Positions 17,432 through 28,523 of a stretch of DNA of 64,000 nucleotides are shown here, in pieces. The translations under genes and the position numbers were made by a program. Where the stretch lies: positions 16,154 to 80,153 of the forward strand of contig JAKALU010000001.1 in the NCBI GenBank assembly GCA_021824065.1, written 5' to 3'. Origin of the DNA: Nitrospirota bacterium. Lineage in GTDB: Bacteria > Nitrospirota > Thermodesulfovibrionia > Thermodesulfovibrionales > UBA1546. Within the stretch, counting starts at the first letter, position 1; every line of letters starts with the position of its first letter. Under the pieces are notes generated by a model. It did no database searches, was not told the origin of the DNA, and saw only the letters and a list, made by a program, of their open reading frames with translations.

Positions 17432-19375
17432 ATGGAATTTATTGATGTTGTTTTCCCATTAAATCTCGGTCCATTGACTTACAAATGCCCTGAACATCTA
17501 ATAGACAAAGCTGTGCCAGGCATGCTCGTTTCAGTGCCCCTGAAAAACCAGACAGCAAAGGGAATCATCCTCAGCAAATCCTCTCCCCCTGCACGCTACA
17601 CGCTGAATGCTTTACGCTCTGTTAGCGAAATCCACGGCGAGTCACCTCTGCTTGAACAGCCAATGCTGAAACTTCTCAACTGGATGTCCGAGTATTACAT
17701 TGCAAACAAAGGAATTGTTCTTAAGAGCATGCTGCCAAAGGAGGCGTTTAAACAAGTAAGGGCAAGGAAAAGCAGTTCAGAAGTCAGAAGTCAGAAGTCA
17801 GAAGTCAGATTCCCTGACGCTAATGCTCAGCTCAAAACTGAGATAGACGAAAACATCCTCTCAAAAGTCAATGACTCTATTTCAAAAAAAGAATATAAGA
17901 CATTTCTTCTCCATGCGCCAGCATCTTTGTATGAAATCTCATTTTTTGCAAAACTACTTCAATCGCAACAAAGAGCGATAATCCTTGTCCCTGAAATCGT
18001 GCATATAAACTATATTGCCCCTTTTATCAGAGAAATCGCAGGAGAAAAACTCTGCAATCTACACAGTGCTCTAAGCAAAGGCCAGCGCTCGGATGCATTC
18101 GAAAAAATTTTGTCTGGTGAATGCACTGTAGTGCTTGGAACAAGGATGGCAATCTTTGCCCCTCTAAAAAATGTATCTCTGATTGCGGTCATGCAGGAGC
18201 ACAGCAGTTCGTACAAAACAGAAGAAGGCTTTAGATTCAATGCAAGGGATGTCGCTGTCATGAGGGGTTATCTTGAAAAGGCAACGGTGGTATTATCCTC
18301 GATCTGTCCCTCGGTTGAATCAATTTACAATGTAAAGAATAATAAATATACATTACTGAGACCCGCAGTAACAATGCAGAAACCAAGAATAAAAATAGTG
18401 AACATGTACGAGGAAAAACAGCCATCTCCAAATTTCTCAAAAACAGTTATCGACGCAGTAACATCGTCAGTCAAGAGAAATGAGCGGATTATATTCGTAA
18501 TAAACAGAAAAGGATATTCTTTGCTTACCTGCAAAGAATGCAGTAATACAGAGACATGCGATAAATGCAATATCCCGTTGATATTTCACAAGGATGATAA
18601 GTCACTGAGATGCCATTATTGCGGTACCAAATCCATGCCTCCTGAGAAATGCTCTAAATGCGGTAGTTTTAAGGTTGAGCTTACAGGCTCTGGTATACAG
18701 AGAATTGAGGAAAGCATAAAAAAACTTTTTAATATCGAACCCGTGAGGATAGATAGTGATAAGATAAAAAAGAGGTCAGGATCTGCTGACCTTTCAGAAA
18801 TAATAAAAGGCGGAGCAATACTCCTCGGCACAAAATTAATGACAAAAAGACTTCACCTGTCTAAGGCGGGAGAAAAATTTGGCATGGCAGCAGTTCTTAA
18901 TGCTGATATTTATTTAAACCTTCCTGATTTCAGGGCAATAGAAAAGGCATATCAGGAACTGTCTGTCATATACGATAAAGTAAAGCCCGAAGGCAGGGTA
19001 TTTATACAGACAAGAATGCCCCGGAACTATCTTTTTAAATTTATTAAGAACTATGATTACCCCGGATTCTGTGATGAAGAGATGGCGAAAAGAAAAGAGA
19101 TGTCATATCCACCTTATTCAAAACTTGCGCTTATTACCTTTAAAGGCAGGGATTACGATGATAAAAAAGTCAGTGATGCTGTTAAAAAAGTTTCTGCTGA
19201 TAAAGATATTGAGATCCTTGGTCCTTCGCTCTCTTTCAGCAAAAAAGGACAAAAAGAATATGCCCTGCTTCTCAAAACTGTATCAAAAAACAAACTCCAT
19301 TCCTGTGCAAAAGAGTTTTTAAAACTGCTTGAGGGTTATAAAAATTTAAAGATTAACATTGCTATTGACCCCTAA
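17432..19375 (+). CDS. priA: Primosomal protein N' (replication restart helicase PriA)
   Basis: MEFIDVVFPLNLGPLTY start, helicase core, and Cys-rich zinc insertion CKECSNTETCDKCNIPLIFHKDDKSLRCHYCG...CSKCGS. The start at M21 of ORF 17372..19375 is preferred. Confidence 0.88.
   Translation: MEFIDVVFPLNLGPLTYKCPEHLIDKAVPGMLVSVPLKNQTAKGIILSKSSPPARYTLNALRSVSEIHGESPLLEQPMLKLLNWMSEYYIANKGIVLKSMLPKEAFKQVRARKSSSEVRSQKSEVRFPDANAQLKTEIDENILSKVNDSISKKEYKTFLLHAPASLYEISFFAKLLQSQQRAIILVPEIVHINYIAPFIREIAGEKLCNLHSALSKGQRSDAFEKILSGECTVVLGTRMAIFAPLKNVSLIAVMQEHSSSYKTEEGFRFNARDVAVMRGYLEKATVVLSSICPSVESIYNVKNNKYTLLRPAVTMQKPRIKIVNMYEEKQPSPNFSKTVIDAVTSSVKRNERIIFVINRKGYSLLTCKECSNTETCDKCNIPLIFHKDDKSLRCHYCGTKSMPPEKCSKCGSFKVELTGSGIQRIEESIKKLFNIEPVRIDSDKIKKRSGSADLSEIIKGGAILLGTKLMTKRLHLSKAGEKFGMAAVLNADIYLNLPDFRAIEKAYQELSVIYDKVKPEGRVFIQTRMPRNYLFKFIKNYDYPGFCDEEMAKRKEMSYPPYSKLALITFKGRDYDDKKVSDAVKKVSADKDIEILGPSLSFSKKGQKEYALLLKTVSKNKLHSCAKEFLKLLEGYKNLKINIAIDP
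17777..17810. repeat. Tandem heptamer TCAGAAG x ~4.9 inside priA
   Basis: Read directly: tcagaag x4 followed by tcagat. In-frame translation is SSEVRSQKSEVRF, in the linker before the helicase core. Confidence 0.95.
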
Positions 19376-19439
19376 CCAAACAGAAGAATTTACGAATACG
19401 GCTTATGTCTGTAAGTGAAAGGTGTAGACTTTTGTAAAT

Positions 19440-21389
19440 CTAAGCTGTTTTTTCACGCTGCTTCAGCCCTTTAAGTTCAAAAATCTTTATCTCCTTTTCC
19501 TTCCCCTTAACTTTTACAAAGGCAAGGTCTCTAAGCTCAAAATGCCCTATAGCTCCTTTTTCTATGAGCGACTCAATGCTGGTAACTGTACTCTCCGCAA
19601 CAAGGATTCTTGCACCGTACTGCCTCGTTAGTTTTTCTACCCTTGAAGCGAGATTGACATGGTCGCCTATAGCTGTGTAATCCATCTTTTTCCCCTGTGC
19701 ACCTATATTGCCTATCAGAACCTCTCCTGTATTAATCCCGATACCACAGTCGAGGACTTCACCACCCCTACTTCGCCACATCTCCTGTAACTCATTTAAC
19801 CTGTCTGACATGTTAAGGGCACATCTTACAGCAAGCTCGGCATGTCCTGGTTGTTCTACAGGAGCGCCCCAAAATGCCATGATCTCATCACCGATAAACT
19901 TATCGAGAGTTCCATCCCACTTAAATATAATATCTGCCATCTCTTTAAAATACTCATTAAGCATAGAAACCACTTCCTCAGGCTGTCTTCTTTCTGACAG
20001 GGAGGTAAAGCCAACAATGTCAGAAAAAAGTACAGTAACCACCCTGCGTTCTCCACCAAGCTTTGTCTTATCAGGGTTATCAATGAGTTCCTTAACAATC
20101 TTAGGCGATACATAACTCGAAAACATCTGCCTTATCTCCTTCGCCTTTTTTTCTTCGTAAAAGAACTTCATGACAGTCTGGATTGTAAAAATGCTGAACA
20201 TATTAGAAACAGGGTAAAGGAGATTTATCCAGAGATTATGATATATAAATAAGTAACACGCCAGAATTATATATGATATTATAAGGCCTGATGCCATTAC
20301 CGCCCCCTGGACTGCCTTCAACCTCGGTATAAAAAATCCGATAAGTATGCCTGTAAGGAGAATGGCTATCAGCTCAATTACGCCCGGGCTCTGTCTCAAG
20401 AAATTGTTATGGACCATGTTTTCTATGACATTGGCGTTTTTCTCAACCCCTGGCATATTTGATGAAAAGGGTGTAACCTTCTGGTCATAGGTTGCAATTG
20501 CAGATGTCCCGAGAAGAACAATCCTGTCCTTGAATATTGATGGTGAAACTATTCCATTGATTAAATCTGCAGCAGGAATATACCGGTAACTTTTCTCCTT
20601 GCCAACATAATTTATCAATACCCTGCCGCTCAGATCTGTAGAAATGACCCTGTCCCCAAGACCAATGCCTGACCCACCGTATAATATTAGATCCTTTGCG
20701 TCTATCCCAAGTGCAATTCTTGCCACCTGTAAAGACAAAGAAGGATAAAAGTCATCACCGTATTGCAGATAGAGAATTTCCCATCTTAATACCGCATCTC
20801 TATCGGGGTGTGTATAAACATGTCCAAGAGTTGAAGCCTTAGAAAACTCTTCTATTGGTGGAATTACGTCATCAGGCTTTACAGCCCATTCCCTCCAAGG
20901 TATTTCCTTTTCACCTTTTACAACCATGAATGCAGAGTCCCACAGAAAATCCGGGATATCCTTTGGCGCTACATTCTTCCCCTTATTGCCTGTCGGGACA
21001 TCAAACGCCATTGCAAGGACAGCGTTTTTTGCAGCTTTTATCGCAGCTAAAAGCTTGCCATCGGTTTCTTTACTCTCCCTTTCACTGAACATTATGTCAA
21101 TACCTATAACTTTTGGTCTGCCCTCTGATATCTTATTCACAAGCCCGGCCATAATATCCCTTTTCCACGGCCATCTTCCAATCTCCTTTATGCTTTTTTC
21201 ATCAACAGCAACGATAGCTATGCCATTATAAGGGGTAGGTTTTTTTATTACATTCCTGAGGTAGAGCCTGAGGTCAAATGTCTTTGTTTCAAGATGCTCC
21301 CTGATTACTAATGGATCGAATAGATTTAAACTAAGGAACAGTGACGTAGATATTAATGTGACAATATGAAATATTATTGTCTTTTTCAT
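19440..21389 (-). CDS. CHASE2 sensor domain-containing class III adenylate/guanylate cyclase
   Basis: N-terminal periplasmic CHASE2-like region (AIVAVDEKS...GRWPWKR), three TM helices, and C-terminal cyclase domain VTVLFSDIVGFTSL...FIGDEIMAFWGAP...GINTGEVLIGNIG. Confidence 0.85.
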   Translation of the reverse strand: MKKTIIFHIVTLISTSLFLSLNLFDPLVIREHLETKTFDLRLYLRNVIKKPTPYNGIAIVAVDEKSIKEIGRWPWKRDIMAGLVNKISEGRPKVIGIDIMFSERESKETDGKLLAAIKAAKNAVLAMAFDVPTGNKGKNVAPKDIPDFLWDSAFMVVKGEKEIPWREWAVKPDDVIPPIEEFSKASTLGHVYTHPDRDAVLRWEILYLQYGDDFYPSLSLQVARIALGIDAKDLILYGGSGIGLGDRVISTDLSGRVLINYVGKEKSYRYIPAADLINGIVSPSIFKDRIVLLGTSAIATYDQKVTPFSSNMPGVEKNANVIENMVHNNFLRQSPGVIELIAILLTGILIGFFIPRLKAVQGAVMASGLIISYIILACYLFIYHNLWINLLYPVSNMFSIFTIQTVMKFFYEEKKAKEIRQMFSSYVSPKIVKELIDNPDKTKLGGERRVVTVLFSDIVGFTSLSERRQPEEVVSMLNEYFKEMADIIFKWDGTLDKFIGDEIMAFWGAPVEQPGHAELAVRCALNMSDRLNELQEMWRSRGGEVLDCGIGINTGEVLIGNIGAQGKKMDYTAIGDHVNLASRVEKLTRQYGARILVAESTVTSIESLIEKGAIGHFELRDLAFVKVKGKEKEIKIFELKGLKQREKTA

Positions 21390-21427
21390 TGATAAGATTA
21401 TACAGGTTTAGGTTAAAAAAGTATTCC

Positions 21428-22957
21428 CTAATGCATCCCTCCTGGAGCGTCACCCTTTACCCTTTTCATTAAAAAGATAAGGGGCAGTATGAGGATCATA
21501 AACACACTCAAAAGATAGAAGGCATCGTTAAATGACATCATTGATGCCTGTCTCTGGAACTGCCCGTATATTGCGCTTAACCCTCCATGTTGTGAAGCAG
21601 AGGCATCAAATCCTCTCTGCTGTAAAAACTGGGCAGCATGCGATGAGGTTAATTGATAATTTGTATCAAAAGGCGTGAGATGCTCAACAAGACGAACCTG
21701 ATGAAACTGTGCGCGCCTTGCGATCATTGTAGTAACAAATGCAACGCCAAAACTGCCGCCGAGGTTTCTCAGGAGATTATAAATCGCAGAGGCATTCGCC
21801 ATATCTTCTTTCCTTATGCTTGCCATTGTCATCGTTGTGAGGGGAATAAAGAGAAATCCCATGCCAACTCCAAGAACAATCCTCGGCCAGATGATGGTAT
21901 TAAAATCAGCGAGCAGGTTAAATTGAGCCATAAGATGCGTGGAATACGCAGCCACGATTATACCAAAGGCGAGTAAAGCTTTCGGATTCAGCTTTGTTAC
22001 AAGTCTCCCTGCTATCGGCATAGCAAAAAGGGTTGCAACGCCTCCGGGCCCGAGCACCAAACCTGCAAGTGTTGATGTATAGCCCATCAATGTCTGCAGA
22101 TATATCGGCAGCAATACTATACTTCCGAAGAGATTAAAAAAAGCAAAGAACATCACGACATTGCCTGTGCTGAATGAGAGGTTTTTGAATGTCTTAAGAT
22201 TAACTATCGGATGTTCTGCAAAAAACTCAATAATCACAAACAGTATCAGAGATGTCACAGAGATTATACTCAGCCATGTGATAAAGTCAGATGAAAACCA
22301 GTCTTCTCTTTCTCCCTTATCAAGGACTATCTGCAGGCATCCAAGCCCGATGGCAAGGAATGCAAGTCCCCAGTAATCAATCTTCATTTTCATGCGTTTC
22401 ATATAAGGCGGGTCGATTATGAAAAATATCACCATAAGAATTGAGACAACGCCTATCGGAATATTTATGAAAAATATCCAGTGCCATGACCAGTTGTCTG
22501 TAATCCAGCCCCCGAGAAGCGGCCCGATGATTGGACCAAACATTATTCCAACGCCGAATATAGCCATTGCCATTCCATGCTGCTTCCGGGGAAAAGTTTC
22601 GAGCAAGATCGATTGGGATATAGGCTGAAGCGCTCCGCCCCCGATTCCCTGAAGTATCCTGAAAATTATAAGGCTCTGCAGGTTCCATGCAGAACCGCAG
22701 AGCAATGAACTAAAGGTAAATAACGATATAGAGAATATCAGGTAGCGTTTTCTTCCAAAGAGTCTGCTGAGCCAACCTGTCATCGGGATGATGATTGCAT
22801 TTGATACGAGATATGACGTTATAGTCCATGTAGATTCATCTATGCCAGCAGAAAGGCTTCCCCGGATATGGTCAAGCGAGACATTGACAACAGATGTGTC
22901 GATAATCTCGATAAGGGTCGGGAGCATTACTGTAAAAGCAACAAGCCATTTGTTCAT
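21428..22957 (-). CDS. MFS DHA2-family (EmrB/QacA-type, 14-TMS) efflux transporter
   Basis: TLIEIIDTSVVNVSL..., GWLSRLFGRKR and a 509-aa polytopic profile. Follows an HlyD/EmrA-type adaptor gene. Confidence 0.85.
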   Translation of the reverse strand: MNKWLVAFTVMLPTLIEIIDTSVVNVSLDHIRGSLSAGIDESTWTITSYLVSNAIIIPMTGWLSRLFGRKRYLIFSISLFTFSSLLCGSAWNLQSLIIFRILQGIGGGALQPISQSILLETFPRKQHGMAMAIFGVGIMFGPIIGPLLGGWITDNWSWHWIFFINIPIGVVSILMVIFFIIDPPYMKRMKMKIDYWGLAFLAIGLGCLQIVLDKGEREDWFSSDFITWLSIISVTSLILFVIIEFFAEHPIVNLKTFKNLSFSTGNVVMFFAFFNLFGSIVLLPIYLQTLMGYTSTLAGLVLGPGGVATLFAMPIAGRLVTKLNPKALLAFGIIVAAYSTHLMAQFNLLADFNTIIWPRIVLGVGMGFLFIPLTTMTMASIRKEDMANASAIYNLLRNLGGSFGVAFVTTMIARRAQFHQVRLVEHLTPFDTNYQLTSSHAAQFLQQRGFDASASQHGGLSAIYGQFQRQASMMSFNDAFYLLSVFMILILPLIFLMKRVKGDAPGGMH

Positions 22958-22982
22958 AAAAAAACTTCCTGCCTATACCACT

Positions 22983-24077
22983 CTAATCCTTAACAATTAT
23001 CGTCGGCGCAACAGACATCCCGACCCTTAAAATATGATTGGGGTCTGTCCCCTTATCAAGGATTATCTTAATGGGTATCCTCTGCACTACCTTTACATAG
23101 TTCCCTGTAGCATTCTCGGGCGGGAAGAGGGAAAAAACAGCCCCTGTGCCAGCCATGATACTATCAACCTTCCCATAAAATGTCTTGCCAGGATATGAGT
23201 CCAACTTTATCTTTACTCTCTGCTCTGGTTTCACCTTAGCAAGTTGTGTTTCCTTGTAGTTCGCAACTATCCACAGATTATCCAGAGGGACAACTGCCAT
23301 TAATGGCTGGCCTGCCTGAATCTGATTACCGGCCTCTACAGACTTTTTTGTGACATAGCCATCTGATGGCGAATAGATTTTTGTATAACCATAATTAAGT
23401 TGAGCTGCTTTTAACACAGCTTCTTTTTGTTTTGCAGATGACAACTGAGAGGTCCTTGCTGCCTCTACCTGTCTTACTATCGCTTTCTGCGATTCCAGGG
23501 CTGTTTCTGTCTGCTTTAGTTGTTCACCAGCAGCTTTAACCTGTGCAAGGACAACTTTGTATCCTGTCATTGTTTTTTCGTATTTTTCTTTAGAGACCGC
23601 CTCTTTTTTATAAAGGTTTTCTGCCCTTTTTATATCTATTTCAGCCTGTTTGAGGTTTGCCTCTTGAAGTTCAAGATTTGCCCTTGCTGCCTCCACAATT
23701 GCCTTCATCTCAGACACCTGTTTTTTTACTGCCTCAATCTTTGCGTCAATCTCCAAAATTTTTGCCCTTTCTGCATTAAGTCCTGATGATGCTTCATTTA
23801 CTTTTACATCATAATCCTCGGGGTCTATTTCTATAAGTAAGTCTCCCTTTTTAACGGGCTGGTTATCTTTCACATATATCTCTTTGACTGCCCCTGAAAC
23901 CTTTGATGCAATTGTATGAACGCGGCCTTCTACAAAGGCATCATCTGTTGTGATATGGGTCTTCTTGTAATTTATATAAAAGTATACGGTTATGGCTCCT
24001 ATAACAGTAATGACTGCAAATACAACAAGGGCAATAACCTTTCTCTGATAATTGCTTGCCTGCTTTGTCTCTTCCAT
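22983..24077 (-). CDS. HlyD/EmrA-family membrane fusion protein
   Basis: Single N-terminal TM, TDDAFVEGRV..., a long coiled coil and a beta-barrel C-terminus typical of EmrA. Confidence 0.85.
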   Translation of the reverse strand: MEETKQASNYQRKVIALVVFAVITVIGAITVYFYINYKKTHITTDDAFVEGRVHTIASKVSGAVKEIYVKDNQPVKKGDLLIEIDPEDYDVKVNEASSGLNAERAKILEIDAKIEAVKKQVSEMKAIVEAARANLELQEANLKQAEIDIKRAENLYKKEAVSKEKYEKTMTGYKVVLAQVKAAGEQLKQTETALESQKAIVRQVEAARTSQLSSAKQKEAVLKAAQLNYGYTKIYSPSDGYVTKKSVEAGNQIQAGQPLMAVVPLDNLWIVANYKETQLAKVKPEQRVKIKLDSYPGKTFYGKVDSIMAGTGAVFSLFPPENATGNYVKVVQRIPIKIILDKGTDPNHILRVGMSVAPTIIVKD

Positions 24078-25391
24078 TTATTTATACACCTCCCATAAAT
24101 CCTTTCCCATGGAATACATGAGTCCTGCCTCTGCCTTTCTGAAGTCATAAATGGATCTATAATAATTGGCCTCTGCAACGGTCAGTAATGTCACTGCGTC
24201 AAGCACTTCAGTTGCTGTGCCAATACCTTCTTCATATCTCAACCTATTTATTCTGAGGTTCTCCTCAGCCTGCTGAACAGCGTCCCTTGTCACTGCTACC
24301 CTCTCCTTAGCAGCTTTTAAATCCAGCATATATTTTTCAACCTCAAGTTTGATTTCATCTATAAGCTTACTCTTCTGTTCAAATAACTTTAGTTTTTGCT
24401 GCTCGATCTTCAATATCCCGGCCATTGTGCTTCCACCACTGAAGATATTAATGTCCATTCCCAGAGTCAATGACCAGTTTCCCTCGTGGAGCTGATAGCG
24501 ATTTTCTGTATAGTCATATGCCCCCTGCACGAAAAACCTCGGATAATATTCGGACTTTTTAGATGCCCCCTCTAAATTTAATGATTTTAGTGTCGCATCA
24601 ACAATCTGTATTTCGGGTCTCTGTTTCTCACTAATCTCCCATGTCTTCTCCATGTCCATTTCAATGCTATCTGATGGGGTTTCATTAACATCCATAACCT
24701 TAACATCTGTCTTTAATGGTCTTGCCAGCGCATTATTAAAACGGGATGCGTGTATCTCCCTGAGATTCTTGATACTTACTAATCTCTGTCTTGCATCTGA
24801 AAGTTTTACCTCTGCCTGTAGCAGGTCGTTCTTTGTTATAACGCCTTCTTTATAGAGGTTTTTTGCATCACGAAGGTGAGCTTCGAGCCTCTCTACCTCT
24901 CTTTCAGCAACCAGGACCATCTTTCCTGATTCGAGAAGATCAAAATAGATAAAGGTAAAATCAAGGGAAACAATATTTCTAATCCTCTTTGTATCAAGTC
25001 TTTTTGTATCGAGAATCATCCTGCTCGCTTCATATCGTGATGCATTCCCTCTAAAATCATAAAGAGTCTGTTGAATACTTAAACTATAAGAGAAAAAACT
25101 CTTTTCTGCTGTAGGGACAGACTGGTTGCCAAATATTGCCCCCGGCTGATATGCAAGGAATGTCTGGTCTAATGAGGTTTTTATATTAGGGAGCATCCTC
25201 GCCTTTGCAAGAAGTGTATCCGCCTCTGAGACGGCTTCCTCACGATGGGTTATCTTTATGAGCCTGTTTTCTTCTATAACAAGCCTTAAGCCATCAGACA
25301 GCGTTAATACGTCAGCATGAGCAACACTGACATCGGGAACGGAAAGAATTAAAAATAAAAAAAATATTAAAAAGACACTTGCACTTCTCAT
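24078..25391 (-). CDS. TolC-family outer membrane efflux protein (OMF 1 of 3)
   Basis: Signal peptide and a two-repeat coiled-coil/beta-barrel pattern (LTLSDGLRLVIEEN..., RINRLRYEEGIGTATEVLDA). Confidence 0.85.
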   Translation of the reverse strand: MRSASVFLIFFLFLILSVPDVSVAHADVLTLSDGLRLVIEENRLIKITHREEAVSEADTLLAKARMLPNIKTSLDQTFLAYQPGAIFGNQSVPTAEKSFFSYSLSIQQTLYDFRGNASRYEASRMILDTKRLDTKRIRNIVSLDFTFIYFDLLESGKMVLVAEREVERLEAHLRDAKNLYKEGVITKNDLLQAEVKLSDARQRLVSIKNLREIHASRFNNALARPLKTDVKVMDVNETPSDSIEMDMEKTWEISEKQRPEIQIVDATLKSLNLEGASKKSEYYPRFFVQGAYDYTENRYQLHEGNWSLTLGMDINIFSGGSTMAGILKIEQQKLKLFEQKSKLIDEIKLEVEKYMLDLKAAKERVAVTRDAVQQAEENLRINRLRYEEGIGTATEVLDAVTLLTVAEANYYRSIYDFRKAEAGLMYSMGKDLWEVYK

Positions 25392-25440
25392 TTCGATGTC
25401 TCCTTAAAAAGTTTGCATAATACCTAATATCTTGTCTTTT

Positions 25441-26670
25441 CTATTCATATCTCAATGCATCTATCGGGTTAAGCAGGGATGCCTTGTATGCTGGATAGAA
25501 TCCGAAAAATATTCCGACAACCCCGGAAAATCCGAATGCCATCAGTATCGAAAGAGGAGAAACTACAGTCGGCCAGCCTGCGAGCATCGAAAGTATCTTC
25601 GAGCCTATTACGCCGATGATCATCCCGGCGAGTCCGCCGATTAAGGATAATGTAAGTGCCTCAATTATGAACTGTAGTCTAATGTCCCATGTCTTAGCAC
25701 CTATCGCCATTCGTATCCCTATCTCCCTTGTCCTTTCAGTGACAGAAACGAGCATTATGTTCATGATTCCGATTCCTCCGACAAGCAGGGAAACCGATGC
25801 TATTGCTCCGAGCAGCAAGGTCATAACCTTTGTGGACTGTTCCGCAGCCTGCATAATCTGGGTGAGATTTCTGACCGTGAAATCATTCTCCTGTTTTGGT
25901 GCGATGCGATGCCTTTGCCTGAGCAATTCGTTTATCTGCTTGTCTGCAGATGATAGGTCTCCGGCGCTTTTCGCCTTAACCATGATTATCCTTATCATGC
26001 CGGGGAATGCAGTCCCAAAGAGTTTTTTCTGAGCCGTTGTTACAGGGACATATATAGTATCGTCCTGATCCTGTCCGGTGGGGGATTGGCCCTTGCTTTC
26101 AAGAACGCCGAGAACCGTAAATGGCACTTTTTTTATCCTGATAATTTTACCGACAGGTTCAATATCTCCAAAAAGATTATCCACAACAGTCTGTCCCAAT
26201 AAACATACTTTTGTAGCGCTTTTTACATCCTGTTCTGTAAAAGGCCTGCCTGAAGATAAACCCCAGTCCCTCACAATCAGCATGCTTGGAGTCGTTCCCA
26301 CTACACCAGTCGACCAATTCTGGTGGCCGTAGACAATCTGTGCGACACCGTTGAGAACAGGGCCAACATCATATACGGCAGGGCATTCTTTTTTTACTGC
26401 CTCTGCATCAGTTAGCGTAAGTGTGGACTGCGTGCCTGCGCCCATCCTGACTCCTCCGGCTGTTGTAGCACCGGGAAGTACGATAAGCAGATTACTGCCC
26501 ATACTTGAAATCTGCTGCTCAATCTGCCTGCTTGCCCCTGTGCCTACTGCCAGCATAGCAATAACAGCGCCTACGCCGATAATAATCCCGAGCATTGTCA
26601 GTGCCGAGCGCATCTTGTTCACCCTTAATGCCCTCAATGATATCTTTATCGTCGAAGGGATATTGATCAT
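25441..26670 (-). CDS. MacB/FtsX-type ABC transporter permease
   Basis: N-terminal TM, large periplasmic domain and C-terminal FtsX 3-TM bundle ([14 protein letters not shown]). Confidence 0.88.
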   Translation of the reverse strand: MINIPSTIKISLRALRVNKMRSALTMLGIIIGVGAVIAMLAVGTGASRQIEQQISSMGSNLLIVLPGATTAGGVRMGAGTQSTLTLTDAEAVKKECPAVYDVGPVLNGVAQIVYGHQNWSTGVVGTTPSMLIVRDWGLSSGRPFTEQDVKSATKVCLLGQTVVDNLFGDIEPVGKIIRIKKVPFTVLGVLESKGQSPTGQDQDDTIYVPVTTAQKKLFGTAFPGMIRIIMVKAKSAGDLSSADKQINELLRQRHRIAPKQENDFTVRNLTQIMQAAEQSTKVMTLLLGAIASVSLLVGGIGIMNIMLVSVTERTREIGIRMAIGAKTWDIRLQFIIEALTLSLIGGLAGMIIGVIGSKILSMLAGWPTVVSPLSILMAFGFSGVVGIFFGFYPAYKASLLNPIDALRYE

Positions 26671-27359
26671 GATCTCTCTTTTGGCTCGTCACCGATGATG
26701 CAGCCGTCAAGAAATCTTATTACGCGCCTGCTGTATGCAGCTATATCAGCCTCATGGGTTACGAGTATTATCGTAATATTCGATCCTGTATTCAGTTTCA
26801 CAAAAAGCTCCATTATCTCTGCACTCGTTTTTGTGTCGAGGTTCCCTGTGGGCTCATCAGCAAGAATTATCGGTGCATCATTCACTAACGCCCTTGCTAT
26901 GGCGACCCTTTGCTGCTGACCGCCTGAAAGCTGGTTGGGATGATGCCCTCCTCTTCCTTCAAGCCCGACATTTTTTAAAGCCTCAGTTGCCTTTTCCATT
27001 CTCTCTTTAGCTGATATGCCGTTATAGAGAAGTGGTAGTTCTACATTTTCAAGTGCTGATGTCCTCGGCAAGAGATTGAATCCCTGGAAGACAAAACCAA
27101 TCTTTTTATTCCTTATGCTGGCGAGTTCGTCCCTGTCAAGTTTGCCAACATCTATATCTTCAAGAAAATATTGACCTCCTGTCGGTTTATCGAGACATCC
27201 GAGGATATTCATAAAGGTTGACTTACCTGAACCCGAGGGCCCCATTATAGCGACAAACTCTCCCCTTTTTATTGTCACAGACACTTCGCAGAGTGCCTTC
27301 AGATCAATATCTCCAAGCCGGTAAACCTTGCTTATCCCCTTTGCTTCAATAAATGCCAT
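26667..27359 (-). CDS. ABC transporter ATP-binding protein (MacB/LolD-type)
   Basis: Walker [10 protein letters not shown], signature [15 protein letters not shown], Walker [12 protein letters not shown]. Confidence 0.92.
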   Translation of the reverse strand: MAFIEAKGISKVYRLGDIDLKALCEVSVTIKRGEFVAIMGPSGSGKSTFMNILGCLDKPTGGQYFLEDIDVGKLDRDELASIRNKKIGFVFQGFNLLPRTSALENVELPLLYNGISAKERMEKATEALKNVGLEGRGGHHPNQLSGGQQQRVAIARALVNDAPIILADEPTGNLDTKTSAEIMELFVKLNTGSNITIILVTHEADIAAYSRRVIRFLDGCIIGDEPKERS

Positions 27360-27362
27360 GTT

Positions 27363-28523
27363 TTAGAAGAATCTCGGGCCGTGGCCAGATGAAGGCTGCC
27401 CCTTTGACTTGACAAAAGATTCGACTATGACTTCCTGTCTTTCCTTTATCTCACCTGAAACGAGTTCAGTATAGTTTCCATCGCTTATGCCTGTAACAAC
27501 CTTTATGCGTTTAGGTTTATTGTTTTCGATTATCCAGACGCCTGGCCCTTTTTTCTCAGGTAATGCGGCAACTTTCTCTGTGGGTCTGAATCTCAGGGCA
27601 GCATTGGGTATCTTGAGAACATCCTTTTTTGTCGCAACGATTATAGACACATTTGCAGTCATCCCTGGCTTGAGCTTAAGCTCTGTGTTGTCAACTTTTA
27701 TCACAACATCATAAGTGACAACATTCTGTATGGTTATCGGAGCATTTCTAACCTGCCATACCCTGCCTTTGAAAGTAGTATCAGGATATGCATCAACAGT
27801 AAATTCAACATCCTGCCCTACCATTATATTGCCTATATCAGCCTCGTCCACATTTGTATCTATCTGCATCTTTGTAAGGTCCTGGGCTATCGTAAAGAGT
27901 GTGGGGGTCTGAAAACTCGCTGCAACGGTCTGCCCGACATCCACATTTCTCGATATGACAACCCCGTCAACAGGCGAGAGTATTCTCGTATATCCGAGAT
28001 TTGTCTGTGCATTTTTTAATGCAGCCTCTGTCTGTGCAACCTGGGACTTCGCCGCACTCATCTGGGCCTTTGACGTTTCATAATTCGTCTCTGCTGTGTC
28101 CAGATCACTGCGTGCAATAAGATTCCTTGAGAAAAGTTCTTTATTCCTGTCCCGCGTCCTTTTTGCATCGACAAGCGCTGCCTCTGCCTTCTCGAGATTG
28201 GCTTTAGCCGAAAGGAGATTCGCTTTTGCCTGCTCCACCTGCGCCTCGAATGTAGCTGGGTCTATCATGGCTATTAACAGTCCCTTTTTTACAGGCGAAT
28301 TGAAATCGACATAAATGTTTTTTATTGTGCCTGAAACCTGTGTGCCTACGAGAACTGTTGTTACCGCATTAACCGTGCCGGTTGCGGTAACGGTTGTGAC
28401 TATATCTCCCTTCGTAACCTTTTCAGTCCCATACTTTATGCCGTTCCCTTTATTTCTGAGAAAAACGAATGCTGTTATTACAATCAATATTACGAAGGAG
28501 ATGCCGATCAATATCTTTTTCAT
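27363..28523 (-). CDS. MacA-type periplasmic adaptor (efflux RND/ABC membrane fusion protein)
   Basis: TVTATGTVNAV..., coiled-coil hairpin and LGYTRILSPVDGVV motif. Its start overlaps the upstream TolC gene stop. Confidence 0.85.
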   Translation of the reverse strand: MKKILIGISFVILIVITAFVFLRNKGNGIKYGTEKVTKGDIVTTVTATGTVNAVTTVLVGTQVSGTIKNIYVDFNSPVKKGLLIAMIDPATFEAQVEQAKANLLSAKANLEKAEAALVDAKRTRDRNKELFSRNLIARSDLDTAETNYETSKAQMSAAKSQVAQTEAALKNAQTNLGYTRILSPVDGVVISRNVDVGQTVAASFQTPTLFTIAQDLTKMQIDTNVDEADIGNIMVGQDVEFTVDAYPDTTFKGRVWQVRNAPITIQNVVTYDVVIKVDNTELKLKPGMTANVSIIVATKKDVLKIPNAALRFRPTEKVAALPEKKGPGVWIIENNKPKRIKVVTGISDGNYTELVSGEIKERQEVIVESFVKSKGQPSSGHGPRFF

